In this document: positions 42,615 to 52,254 of the stretch, piece by piece | Layout of the letters: every line of letters starts with the position of its first letter | How positions within the stretch are numbered: position 1 is the stretch's first letter | From: a virus | IMG/VR virus record: IMGVR_UViG_3300017917_001958 | Span: 11,911 to 75,910 of that record | Strand: one strand, 5' to 3' | DNA: 64,000 nucleotides | Notes under the pieces: generated by a model | Database searches by the model: none | What the model was told of the DNA's origin: nothing | What the model saw: the letters and a program-made list of their open reading frames with translations, nothing else | Translations under genes and position numbers: made by a program

Positions 42615-43101
42615 AGAATTAAAAGGTAGAATTTTTGATGTACCGAGAAATATTTTAGATAAGATTAATCACACTGTAATTGGTTTAAATGGTATTCATG
42701 CACAAGGTCTTCAAAGAGCTAAAAAGATATTATCGGATAAAAAAGTAAAGTATGGTCAATTAAAAAGGATAATACATGATTTACAAAACATGGATTCGGG
42801 TAAAGAAAAAATGAAATACGATTTGGCTGGAGGTGACTTGATGTTAAAATGGGGAATGACTCACTTACAAGGAGAAAGAGATTTGATTAGTAATAGAAAA
42901 GATTCTAAAAAAAGATCTGATGAAATTGGTGGAATTACCGGAGAGAGAAAAAATAGTCATTTAAAAAAACATTCAAAAAAACCTGATTTTTTACCACCAT
43001 TAAATTTAATAAAAAGTAATTCACATAAATCATCAATATCACCAATCACATCACTTGGTTTATTTGAAGAAATTAAAAAAATAAAAAAATTAATGTTATA
43101 A
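42607..43101 (+). CDS. Basic hypothetical protein with C-terminal LFEEIKKIKKLM tag
   Basis: ORF overlapping the previous gene. Confidence 0.7.
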   Translation: MNKELKGRIFDVPRNILDKINHTVIGLNGIHAQGLQRAKKILSDKKVKYGQLKRIIHDLQNMDSGKEKMKYDLAGGDLMLKWGMTHLQGERDLISNRKDSKKRSDEIGGITGERKNSHLKKHSKKPDFLPPLNLIKSNSHKSSISPITSLGLFEEIKKIKKLML

Positions 43102-43102
43102 A

Positions 43103-43777
43103 ATGGCAACTCAATTAGAAATATTAGCAGATAAGTTCAGACAAGAAAATATTGTAAGAAATTCATATAACACCGATACGAATGGATATTCTTCAAATAA
43201 TGTAAACGCATTATCTGATGGTGATGAAAAAGGTAAAGGAGAATTACAAGGTAAAATAGGATCCTCTGTTGATATTCAAAACAGAATAGATAATCTCGGT
43301 AGAAATAGATATTCTCCAAATAATGGGTATTCGTTAGTTAATCCTGACGCAATCTCCGATGGAGATGAATTCGGTAAGGGTGAAAATAATGGACAAATTG
43401 GATCCTCTGTTGATATTCAAAACAGAATTGACAACGTTGCCAGAAATAGATATAACAATAATAATGGGTATTCGTTAGTTAATCCTGACGCAATCTCCGA
43501 TGGAGATGAATTCGGTAAAGGTGAAAATAATGGGCAAGTTGGTTCATCCATAGATATTCAGAATAGAATAGACAATGTTGGTAGAAATAGATATTCTCCA
43601 AATAATGGATATTCTTCAACAAATATAGATGCAATCTCCGATGGAGATGAATTCGGTAAAGGTGAAAATAATGGGCAAGTTGGTTCATCCATAGATATTC
43701 AGAATAGAATATCATCAATTGCTAGAAATAAATTTGGTGAGACAAATAAATACCCTGATTTCTATGCAAATGACTAA
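43103..43777 (+). CDS. Protein made of four 47-aa tandem repeats
   Basis: SDGDE(K/F)GKGE units at exact 141-nt spacing (43217, 43358, 43499, 43640). Confidence 0.8.
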   Translation: MATQLEILADKFRQENIVRNSYNTDTNGYSSNNVNALSDGDEKGKGELQGKIGSSVDIQNRIDNLGRNRYSPNNGYSLVNPDAISDGDEFGKGENNGQIGSSVDIQNRIDNVARNRYNNNNGYSLVNPDAISDGDEFGKGENNGQVGSSIDIQNRIDNVGRNRYSPNNGYSSTNIDAISDGDEFGKGENNGQVGSSIDIQNRISSIARNKFGETNKYPDFYAND

Positions 43778-44555
43778 CAAAGTATTATTAATAATTCTTG
43801 AAGAATTAAATATTCTTAAAACAAGTAAAACAAAACCAATTGTAGACGCTATTAAAAATAGAAACCCTGTAACGTTCTATTATTCTGGACAATACAAACC
43901 AAAAAAAGATAGTGTTAAACGAGGTACTCGTGTTCGTGCTGAAGTGGTTGCTTTAGGTTTAAGTAAAAAAGGTAATCTTGTTATGAGAGCATGGGTTCAG
44001 CCACCATCAGTTTCTAAAAAAGGGTTCTCTAAACATGGGTGGAGAACTTTCATGTTATCAAGAATGAGCAACGTTGTAATTTTAGATAACGAAACATTTG
44101 ATAGTAAAAGACCTCAGTATAAAGAAGGTAATGATAAATCTATGAGTGTTACCTATGTGACTACAGATTGGACCAAAACACCTAAAACTAAAAAAATAAC
44201 AAAACCGGAAAAAACTGTAGAACCTGAGAAACCGGAAATATCCGGTAAACGAACCAAACCAAAACAACCGGAAATTGAACCTAAAAAAACTGTGGAACCT
44301 GAGAAACCGGAAATATCCGGTAAACAAACTAAACCGGAAGTTAAACCTACAGAAAATAAACCGGAAGAGTTACCACAACCCAAACCAAAGGAAAAACCCG
44401 AAAAAACACCTTCTGTTGAAAAAACACCGGAAGAAAAACCCGAGGATTTACCACAACCCAAACCAGAAGAAAAACCAGATAAAAATCCTGAGGAGGAAAA
44501 TGATGAAACATTAAAAGAAAGTATTAAAAAAATTAAACGTTTAATGTTTTTATAA
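43764..44555 (+). CDS. WYL-domain protein with P/K/E-rich tail and C-terminal LKESIKKIKRLM tag
   Basis: AIKNRNPVTFYY...R...LG..KKGNLVMRAW...WRTFMLSRM; start refined to ATG 43764. Confidence 0.7.
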   Translation: MQMTNKVLLIILEELNILKTSKTKPIVDAIKNRNPVTFYYSGQYKPKKDSVKRGTRVRAEVVALGLSKKGNLVMRAWVQPPSVSKKGFSKHGWRTFMLSRMSNVVILDNETFDSKRPQYKEGNDKSMSVTYVTTDWTKTPKTKKITKPEKTVEPEKPEISGKRTKPKQPEIEPKKTVEPEKPEISGKQTKPEVKPTENKPEELPQPKPKEKPEKTPSVEKTPEEKPEDLPQPKPEEKPDKNPEEENDETLKESIKKIKRLMFL

Positions 44556-44591
44556 AAATACTTATTATTTATAATAAAAAAAAATATTAAT

Positions 44592-45170
44592 ATGTCACAA
44601 GGTCAAGGAACAATATCTTCAAATGATTTAATGAAAAAGTTAGTTCAAGCAAAAAAAGTAATGAATAAAGTTGAAGGTGGTAATTATGAAAAAGGTCATG
44701 TAAATGAAGAAATACTAAGATCATCACCTGAAGATGTTATGAACAATTCACAGTATCAACCAAATCCAACTAACAGGACTAATAATACCGTTAGTGTAGA
44801 TAAAATACAACAATCTAAATTACCCGAAGCAATTAAAAAAGCAATGATAGAAAATCCTATACCACAAATTTCTTTAAATGATACATTAGATATGGACTTT
44901 ATTAAAGGTGCAAAAAGACTAATGGAACAAGAAGGTGTATCCACTAAGAAAACACAAACACAACAAAAATTACCAACAAATACCGGAAGTAATATTGACA
45001 TGAACTCAATAGCAATATTAATTGAAAACACGGTACGTAAGGTAATGGATGAAAAATTAAATCAAATATTAACCGCACAACAAACATCAACAATAAATGA
45101 AAATTTAGTTTTAAAAGTGGGTGATTCTATATTTAAAGGTAAAATTACCGGAGTAAATAAATCTAAATAA
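44592..45170 (+). CDS. Hypothetical late protein
   Basis: SKLPEAIKKAMIENPI motif; TATTTATA upstream. Confidence 0.7.
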   Translation: MSQGQGTISSNDLMKKLVQAKKVMNKVEGGNYEKGHVNEEILRSSPEDVMNNSQYQPNPTNRTNNTVSVDKIQQSKLPEAIKKAMIENPIPQISLNDTLDMDFIKGAKRLMEQEGVSTKKTQTQQKLPTNTGSNIDMNSIAILIENTVRKVMDEKLNQILTAQQTSTINENLVLKVGDSIFKGKITGVNKSK

Positions 45171-45222
45171 ATTTTGTTTTTTTGTTTTTTTTTCTTATTA
45201 TTTAGACATATAATATTAAATA

Positions 45223-46449
45223 ATGTCAAAAATAAGAATTTTAGCTATATCCCCCGACATATATGGTGTCGGTAAATTTAGGATTCTCGATCCATACAAA
45301 TATATCGGAGAAAATTATAATAATGATGTTCATGTGGACATCACGTTTAACGCAGAAATGGACGATGAGTTTTTTAAAAACTATGATATTGTCGTCTTCC
45401 ACGGATTTATTCATCAACTAAGTCACGAAATAAATGTAGAAAGAGTTAAGTGGTTGAAATTAAACGGTATTAAAGTCGTTATGGACATTGATGATATGTG
45501 GTTTGTTGATCAAAGACATCCGATGTATCATCAAATAAAAGAAAGTAAAATTGGTGAAAATAAAGTTGAATTACTTAAATTATCTGATTATGTTACCACA
45601 ACAACACCAATTTTTTCAAATACAATAAAGACAAGATTAGGTATTAAAAATGTTGAAATTTTTCCAAATGCGATAAATGAAGAGGAATCACAATTTAAAC
45701 CAAACCCAATGAAATCAGAAAAAGTTCGATTTGGTTGGTTAGGTGGTTCATCACATATGTATGATTTAGAATTATTAAAAAATGGTATATCATCTATACA
45801 CAATGAATTTAAAGATAAAGTACAATTTATTTTATGCGGATTTGATTTAAGAGGTACCGTTACCGAAATTGACGCTAAAACTGGTAAAAGAAATAAAAGA
45901 GATATTAAACCAACAGAAACGGTTTGGTATCAGTATGAGAAGTTTTTTACTGATGATTACAAATGTTTAAATGAAAATTACAAGAATTATCTTTTAAAAT
46001 TTTCACAAGAATTACCATTTGATGACTCTAACGAAAATTATATTAGAAGATGGACACAAGATGTGAATATCTATGCAAATAATTATAACTATTTTGATGT
46101 ATCTTTGGCACCATTAGTTGAATCAATATTTAACGGTAATAAATCACAATTAAAAATTATTGAGGCTGGTTTCCATAAAAAAGCAGTTATTGCAAGTGAA
46201 ACTGACCCATATACATTAGATTTAATTTCTGCAGTTGATAATGGTTCATTTAATAATAAGGGTAATGCTTTATTAGTTAACACAAAAAGAAATCATAAAG
46301 ATTGGACAAAACATATGAAACGATTAATTCAAAATCCCAATATGATTGAAGATTTAGGTAACCGTTTATATGAAACCGTTAAAGACAAATATTCATTAAA
46401 AAAAGTCTCTAAAGATAGAGTTGAATTTTTCAAATCGATTTTAAAATAA
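45223..46449 (+). CDS. Glycosyltransferase (GT-B / GT4-like)
   Basis: MDIDD, PNAI, GWLGGSSH, DVSLAPL...FN..KSQLKIIEAG. Confidence 0.85.
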   Translation: MSKIRILAISPDIYGVGKFRILDPYKYIGENYNNDVHVDITFNAEMDDEFFKNYDIVVFHGFIHQLSHEINVERVKWLKLNGIKVVMDIDDMWFVDQRHPMYHQIKESKIGENKVELLKLSDYVTTTTPIFSNTIKTRLGIKNVEIFPNAINEEESQFKPNPMKSEKVRFGWLGGSSHMYDLELLKNGISSIHNEFKDKVQFILCGFDLRGTVTEIDAKTGKRNKRDIKPTETVWYQYEKFFTDDYKCLNENYKNYLLKFSQELPFDDSNENYIRRWTQDVNIYANNYNYFDVSLAPLVESIFNGNKSQLKIIEAGFHKKAVIASETDPYTLDLISAVDNGSFNNKGNALLVNTKRNHKDWTKHMKRLIQNPNMIEDLGNRLYETVKDKYSLKKVSKDRVEFFKSILK

Positions 46450-46480
46450 TATTTACAATAACAATTAAAAAACAAAAAAC

Positions 46481-46714
46481 ATGCATTATTTAGTTACAAT
46501 TGGTTACGAAACAGAACAAATGGATAGAGAAGGAAATCCCCGTATTAAAAAGTATAAATACATTATTGAAGCTGATTCAGTTGAAGAAGCGACTATAGTT
46601 GCATCAAAATACAGATCGGGAGATACTCGTTCAAGTGAAAGTCTTTCGGTTACTAAGATGGCAATCGAATGTATTATTGATCAAAAAAATACTCCGGAAT
46701 ATTACAAAGGATAA
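46481..46714 (+). CDS. Hypothetical protein
   Basis: 77-aa ORF with A-rich leader. Confidence 0.65.
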   Translation: MHYLVTIGYETEQMDREGNPRIKKYKYIIEADSVEEATIVASKYRSGDTRSSESLSVTKMAIECIIDQKNTPEYYKG

Positions 46715-46731
46715 TTTAAAAATAAATTAAT

Positions 46732-46944
46732 ATGGAATTTTATAGTCGTGAAATACAAATTATGCGTCAATCACAAAGTAAGATGGCGTTAGAGTACGTT
46801 CAATCAGTAGGTGTGACAGTAACTGTAGAAGAATTAGTAAGAATAACAGATTTATTTGTTGAGATATGTTTAAGACCACAGGATGAGGATCTTAAAAAAA
46901 GAATAAAAGCATTAGATAAATGGATTGAAGAAAAAAAACGATAA
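46732..46944 (+). CDS. Hypothetical protein
   Basis: 70-aa ORF, IMRQSQSK motif. Confidence 0.65.
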   Translation: MEFYSREIQIMRQSQSKMALEYVQSVGVTVTVEELVRITDLFVEICLRPQDEDLKKRIKALDKWIEEKKR

Positions 46945-46948
46945 TAAA

Positions 46949-47542
46949 ATGAAAAAAAAAGATATTGAAGATTATATTCAAAAATTAAAAGAGTTAGAAA
47001 AAGAATTAAGTGATGACTCTTCGGATGAAATTAATAAATTAAATGAAATTGATTCTTTATTGAGTAATTTAAATGATGATATTTTAAGAACACAAAAAGT
47101 TTCACCAATTAAAGTTAAAATTAAAAAGTTAAACGAAAATGCTGTTATTCCGACATATTCAAAAGATGGAGATGCAGGAATGGATTTAACAATAACTTCA
47201 ATAATCTCTGAAACAACAACTGATGTATCATACGGATTTGGAGTTGCTATGGAAATTCCTATAGGTTTTGTTGGATTAATTTTTCCAAGATCATCGGTAA
47301 GAAAATACGATTTAAGTTTAACTAATGCTGTTGGGGTAATTGACAGTGGTTATCGAGGAGAACTTCAAGCCACTTTTAAAAAAACAAATTGGTTAAAGGG
47401 TGATAACTCAGAAAAGTACAAAATTGGGGATAGAGGTGCTCAAATAATAATTATCCCGTACCCTCAAATTCAATTTATTGAGAGTGATGAACTTTCAAAT
47501 AGTGATAGAGGTACAGGTGGATTTGGTAGTACCGGTTCTTAA
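46949..47542 (+). CDS. dut: Trimeric dUTPase with N-terminal coiled-coil extension
   Basis: AGMDL, PRSS, GVIDSGYRGE, AQ, RGTGGFGSTG; start refined to ATG 46949. Confidence 0.95.
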   Translation: MKKKDIEDYIQKLKELEKELSDDSSDEINKLNEIDSLLSNLNDDILRTQKVSPIKVKIKKLNENAVIPTYSKDGDAGMDLTITSIISETTTDVSYGFGVAMEIPIGFVGLIFPRSSVRKYDLSLTNAVGVIDSGYRGELQATFKKTNWLKGDNSEKYKIGDRGAQIIIIPYPQIQFIESDELSNSDRGTGGFGSTGS

Positions 47543-47601
47543 ATTTAGGTAAATTATCTATATTTATATTAAAATAAATTGATAAATTAAAAACAAACAT
47601 T

Positions 47602-48327
47602 TTGGCTCCAAAACCTAAAGTCGGTAAAAACTATCCCGTTATAGTTGAAGAAAAAAAAGTACAAAATAAACAAAGGATTCGAGAAATCATAAAAAAACCA
47701 AAAGAAAAGTTTCTAACAAAAAATCAAGAAGAGTATTGGAAAATACTTGGGGACAATCAAATTACATTATGTTTTGGTCCGGCCGGTGTAGGTAAATCGT
47801 ATATTGCAATGAAGAGGGCTGTGGATTTATTGTATGATGATTCTAACAAGTACGAGAAGATTATAATTGTTAGACCGGCAGTAGAAGCAGAAGAAAAATT
47901 AGGTTCTCTTCCCGGTGGTCTAGAAGAAAAATTAGATCCGTACATTTACCCATCTTATTATTTATTAAATAAAATTATCGGTAAAGAAGCTCGAGAACAA
48001 TTAAAAGACGAAGGATTTATTGAAGTTGCTGCACTTGCATATATGAGAGGATGGAATGTCGATAATACCATTCTTGTTTTTGAAGAAGCACAAAATGCAA
48101 CTCCGGCACAAATTAAATTATTGTTAACTCGTATTGGATTTAATTCTAAGTTTTTTTTATCAGGTGATCTTGAACAATCGGATAAATTTAAAGATAAAAC
48201 AAAATCAGGTTTATACGATGCAAAAAAAAGACTTGGTGATGTAAAAGGTATCGGTGTTTTTGAATTTAATAATGAAGATATTGTTAGAAATCCAATTATA
48301 TCTGAAATATTAGATAGATACCAATAA
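47602..48327 (+). CDS. phoH: PhoH-like ATPase
   Basis: GPAGVGKS, RPAVE, LGSLPG, YMRG, EEAQN, GDLEQSD, VRNP. Confidence 0.93.
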   Translation: MAPKPKVGKNYPVIVEEKKVQNKQRIREIIKKPKEKFLTKNQEEYWKILGDNQITLCFGPAGVGKSYIAMKRAVDLLYDDSNKYEKIIIVRPAVEAEEKLGSLPGGLEEKLDPYIYPSYYLLNKIIGKEAREQLKDEGFIEVAALAYMRGWNVDNTILVFEEAQNATPAQIKLLLTRIGFNSKFFLSGDLEQSDKFKDKTKSGLYDAKKRLGDVKGIGVFEFNNEDIVRNPIISEILDRYQ

Positions 48328-48348
48328 AAAAAATTAATAATTTTAATT

Positions 48349-48385
48349 AAACCTATCTCATTAAATAAATGGGATAGGTTTTTTT
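48349..48385 (+). terminator. Terminator after phoH
   Basis: aaacctatctca...tgggataggttttttt. Confidence 0.75.
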
Positions 48386-48420
48386 ATTTACTTATAACAA
48401 TTATTTAATTATATTTTAAT

Positions 48421-49074
48421 ATGGAAATTTTTATTAGTATTGATGGTGTTATAAGAAACACCATACAAAAATTTGATTATCATTATAAAGATGCGTACAT
48501 AAATTCTGAATTTGAAAATGAAAATAATTTTGAATATGGTATAATTGAACCAATTCAAAATGATAATTTATTAAATTATTATAAATTTCAATCAAAAGAA
48601 GAATTTGAATTTTTTTTATTTATTGAATATCCAATAGAAATTTTTGGACATGCGGGATTAAGTTATTCAACTACGTTTACCGATTTACATAAAATAATTT
48701 ATGATAATAAAGAACATAATTTTACATTAATTGGTTTGGATGAGTTTGGTAAATCTAAACCTGCCACTTTATTTTTTCTTTCCAAGAATGGTTTTTTAGG
48801 TGACAATATAAAATTTATCAAAAGTGAAGATATTCAAAATATGTGGGATAAATGTGATTGTTGGATAACAGATAATAAAAAGATACTTGACCTATGTCCA
48901 GAAGATAAAATAAAAATAAAATTTAATACGACATATAATCAACACTTTACAAATATTAAAGAAATTAATAAATTAACTGAAATTAATGAATCATGGTTAA
49001 CATCTTCGGAAAAAACTACTACATTGATATCGATGGAATCACCGAAAAATGTAGAACAACACAACAAATTATAG
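48421..49074 (+). CDS. HAD-like 5'(3')-nucleotidase-family protein (degenerate motif I)
   Basis: IFISIDGVIR, TLFFLSK, WITDN, YN. Confidence 0.55.
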   Translation: MEIFISIDGVIRNTIQKFDYHYKDAYINSEFENENNFEYGIIEPIQNDNLLNYYKFQSKEEFEFFLFIEYPIEIFGHAGLSYSTTFTDLHKIIYDNKEHNFTLIGLDEFGKSKPATLFFLSKNGFLGDNIKFIKSEDIQNMWDKCDCWITDNKKILDLCPEDKIKIKFNTTYNQHFTNIKEINKLTEINESWLTSSEKTTTLISMESPKNVEQHNKL

Positions 49075-49304
49075 AAACTGACGGAACCGATGAATCCGAT
49101 GCAACTGAAGAATCAGACGGGTCAATCGAAATAAACATTTTTAAATATGAAATTATAAAAATGTGTTTAGAAAGACTCTTAAATGATGTTCAAGAAATCG
49201 ATGAGGAAATGGGGGTATTTGCACAAAACGATACCAGTATTTCGTTTAAAATAGCATTTAACACTTTAATAAAAAATCAAATATTAATCGAAGACGATGA
49301 GTAA
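48993..49304 (+). CDS. Hypothetical protein
   Basis: 103-aa acidic ORF. Confidence 0.65.
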   Translation: MVNIFGKNYYIDIDGITEKCRTTQQIIETDGTDESDATEESDGSIEINIFKYEIIKMCLERLLNDVQEIDEEMGVFAQNDTSISFKIAFNTLIKNQILIEDDE

Positions 49305-50364
49305 TAACAAAGAAAACATTGAAAAACTTGAATCTGCATTAGATAGATTAGAATCTAACAAAAATGTCGTGTATTTTTTAACATACGACACAAAAAATAA
49401 TCCTAGAGCATCGGTAAAACATATTTATGATTTAGCTTTAACATTGAATAAAAATGGAATACTTTCTAAAATTTTAGTTGAAGATAAAACATATGTTGGT
49501 ATTGAATCGTGGCTAGGTGACACATATAAAGAATTGGAAGTGGTATCAATCAAGGACGATAAAGTAGTGATCCAAGTCGATGATACAATTGTCGTTCCCG
49601 AGTATTATTCAAACGCATTACAACAATTATCTAACATTAAATGTGTTAAAATAATGTTAATCCAACAAAAGGATTACATTTTTGAAACTTTACCAATTGG
49701 TAGTAGATGGTCTGATTATGGATTTGATAAAGTTATAACAACAACCGAAAGTGCAAAAAAATATATTTTGGATTATTTTCCGGAATCGATTGTTTATATC
49801 ATCCCACCAATTATAGGTGAACAATTTAAACCAATTACATTACCGTTAAAACCATATGTTGCTATTAGTTGTAGAGATAGGGGTGTTCATAGAAGATTAA
49901 TTTCTGAATTTTATTTGAAATATCCTCACCTTAGATGGATAACCTTTAAAGATATGGTTAACATGAATTATGACGAGTTCGCACATAATTTAAAAGAATG
50001 TATGGTTTCTTTATGGGTAGATGATGAATCAACATTTGGTACATTTCCATTAGAATCAATGAAATGTGGGGTACCTGTTGTTGGTAAAATACCTGATACA
50101 GAACCAGATTGGTTGAAAGAAAATGGTATGTGGACATATGATATTAATAAATTGGTTGAGATTTTAGCAACATACATTTTAGCTTGGATCGAAGGTGTTG
50201 AATTAACTGATGAGGTTAAAAACAATATGAAAGATACATTACTACCTTATACAACATCGGTAACAGAAAATAACATTATATCTATTTTCACATCTTTTAA
50301 AAATAAAAGAATTGAAAATATTCAAACAGCATTAGAAAAAATAAAAAAAGAAGAAACGAAATAA
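49297..50364 (+). CDS. Glycosyltransferase (GT4-like)
   Basis: VVPE, STFGTFPLESMKCGVPVVG (EX7E-like region). Confidence 0.8.
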   Translation: MSNNKENIEKLESALDRLESNKNVVYFLTYDTKNNPRASVKHIYDLALTLNKNGILSKILVEDKTYVGIESWLGDTYKELEVVSIKDDKVVIQVDDTIVVPEYYSNALQQLSNIKCVKIMLIQQKDYIFETLPIGSRWSDYGFDKVITTTESAKKYILDYFPESIVYIIPPIIGEQFKPITLPLKPYVAISCRDRGVHRRLISEFYLKYPHLRWITFKDMVNMNYDEFAHNLKECMVSLWVDDESTFGTFPLESMKCGVPVVGKIPDTEPDWLKENGMWTYDINKLVEILATYILAWIEGVELTDEVKNNMKDTLLPYTTSVTENNIISIFTSFKNKRIENIQTALEKIKKEETK

Positions 50365-50365
50365 T

Positions 50366-51160
50366 ATGAAAGAAATTTTATTTACAGTAATTTTACCGGT
50401 ACACACGTTAGATGGTATATATGAAGATATGTTAAAAAATGCAGTTAGTTCTGTTGAAGATTTTCATAATGATGTGAATCTTATGATTGTCTATCCAAAT
50501 GCATTAGATGAAAAAATAAAAACAATTCCACTAAGTGATAAATTAAACATTTTATATACATCTCATAATTTACCTGTTGGGGATTTTTGTTCTCAAGTAA
50601 ATTTTGGTATTGAAAAATGTGAAACAACTTGGTTTTCTATTTTGGAAATTGACGATCAATATAAACCAATTTGGTTAAAATCAATGAATGAATATCTTAA
50701 CACTTATAAAGATGTTGATGTATTTTTACCAATAGTTAAAGACATTAACGTAGAGGGAAATTTTATAAGTTTTACTAATGAATCGGCATGGGCATATGGT
50801 TTTACCGAAAGACAAGGATTCATCGATAATGAAGTTTTACTTGAGTTTCAAAATTATCAAATAAGTGGTGGTTTATACAAAACCAAAACAATCAAAGATA
50901 ACGGTTCATTAAAAGAAAATATTAAATTAACATTTGGATATGAGTTTTTACTAAGATTAACACATAATGGAGTTAAAATAATGACAGTTCCTCATATTGG
51001 ATATGAACATCTTAATTTAAGAGAAGATTCGTTGTTTTGGAGTTATAAAAATGATGAAAAAAATAAATTAAGTCAGGATGAAGTTAAATTTTGGTTAGAC
51101 ACAGCAAAAAAAGAATTTTTCTTTAAAAATAAACGTGATGTAAATTATGTGAAAGTGTAA
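50366..51160 (+). CDS. Glycosyltransferase (GT2-like)
   Basis: TVILPVH, QVNFGI, ILEIDD, YEFLLRL. Confidence 0.8.
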   Translation: MKEILFTVILPVHTLDGIYEDMLKNAVSSVEDFHNDVNLMIVYPNALDEKIKTIPLSDKLNILYTSHNLPVGDFCSQVNFGIEKCETTWFSILEIDDQYKPIWLKSMNEYLNTYKDVDVFLPIVKDINVEGNFISFTNESAWAYGFTERQGFIDNEVLLEFQNYQISGGLYKTKTIKDNGSLKENIKLTFGYEFLLRLTHNGVKIMTVPHIGYEHLNLREDSLFWSYKNDEKNKLSQDEVKFWLDTAKKEFFFKNKRDVNYVKV

Positions 51161-51859
51161 ATGCCGAGAAAAAGAACCCAAAAAATATATTTTGGGGAGG
51201 ATCAAGAAAAGGCGGTAGTCAATTACTTAGAAAGTACTGACGAAACAGAAAGAAATAAGATATTCAACGAATATTTACGTGAACCCCTAATTATAATGGT
51301 CGAATCAATTATTCGACGTTATAAACTTTACAGAAAAGACTATGAGTATGACGATATACATACGGATACCATGTCTTTTCTTATTACAAAAATCAATAAG
51401 TTTGATCACACGAAGAATCATAAAGCATATTCGTATTTCGGTACAATTTGTAAAAACTATCTCATGGGTGCAATACAAAAAGACTCAAAAGAAAGTAATC
51501 GAAGTGTGTCATATGATGATATATCATCTGATATTGAAGAAAATTCAGAATTAACATATAGTTTAGATGACTATGTGATAGATTATCGAGATGTTATTAT
51601 AAAACTGACAATGTCATTAGAAGAATTTGTTGAAAATGAAACCCTTACTGAAAATGAACAAAAATTAGGGTACGCATTACTTGAGATTTTTAGTAATTTT
51701 GACAAAATATTTCAGGTTGGTGAAGGTAATAAGTTTAATAAAAATCTAATACTACTTTCATTAAGAGAAATGACATCTTTATCAACTAAAGAAATCAGAA
51801 TTTCACTAAAAAGGTTCAAAAAAATATACGATGGTGTTCTCGGTGGATTTTTAGAATAA
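51161..51859 (+). CDS. Late-transcription sigma factor (T4 gp55-like)
   Basis: N-terminal YF; KINKFDHTKNHKAYSYFGTICKNYL resembles sigma region 2 / gp55. Confidence 0.7.
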   Translation: MPRKRTQKIYFGEDQEKAVVNYLESTDETERNKIFNEYLREPLIIMVESIIRRYKLYRKDYEYDDIHTDTMSFLITKINKFDHTKNHKAYSYFGTICKNYLMGAIQKDSKESNRSVSYDDISSDIEENSELTYSLDDYVIDYRDVIIKLTMSLEEFVENETLTENEQKLGYALLEIFSNFDKIFQVGEGNKFNKNLILLSLREMTSLSTKEIRISLKRFKKIYDGVLGGFLE

Positions 51860-51873
51860 ATCTATTTATAGTT

Positions 51874-52254
51874 ATGAGAGAAAGAAAAAATAACATTACA
51901 CTAGATGTTGATTCAGCATTATCTTTAATGCAAGAAATTTACAATGATGTTGTTGAAAACAGAAATACCGCATCTATTATCATGAAGAAAATGCTTTCAT
52001 TTATGAAAGATGCTGAAGATATGAGTACAATCGGTCCTGTTATTAAAGAACAACAAAAAATATTAAACGAGTGTACCGAAAAGAAAATTTCATTAGTTAA
52101 ATTACAAAATATTTTACTTAAACAATCTCAAGGAACTGGAGGTAAAAATAGTCCGATGGGTAAATTGTCATTATCCGATGAAGATAGAGAAATATTAGAT
52201 AAATTAATTAATGATTCTAATGATGATAGATCTGAAAGCTATAAATTATCATGA
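51874..52254 (+). CDS. Hypothetical helical late protein
   Basis: 126 aa, TATTTATA upstream. Confidence 0.65.
   Translation: MRERKNNITLDVDSALSLMQEIYNDVVENRNTASIIMKKMLSFMKDAEDMSTIGPVIKEQQKILNECTEKKISLVKLQNILLKQSQGTGGKNSPMGKLSLSDEDREILDKLINDSNDDRSESYKLS

Noticed and set aside
43157-43735. CRISPR array
   Set aside because: The repeats are contiguous 141-nt in-frame coding units without unique spacers.
43755-43777. Possible 1-nt deletion at YPDF (TTCTATG versus TTCTAATG stop/start overlap)
   Set aside because: It adds only four residues and cannot be distinguished from natural sequence without homologues or reads.
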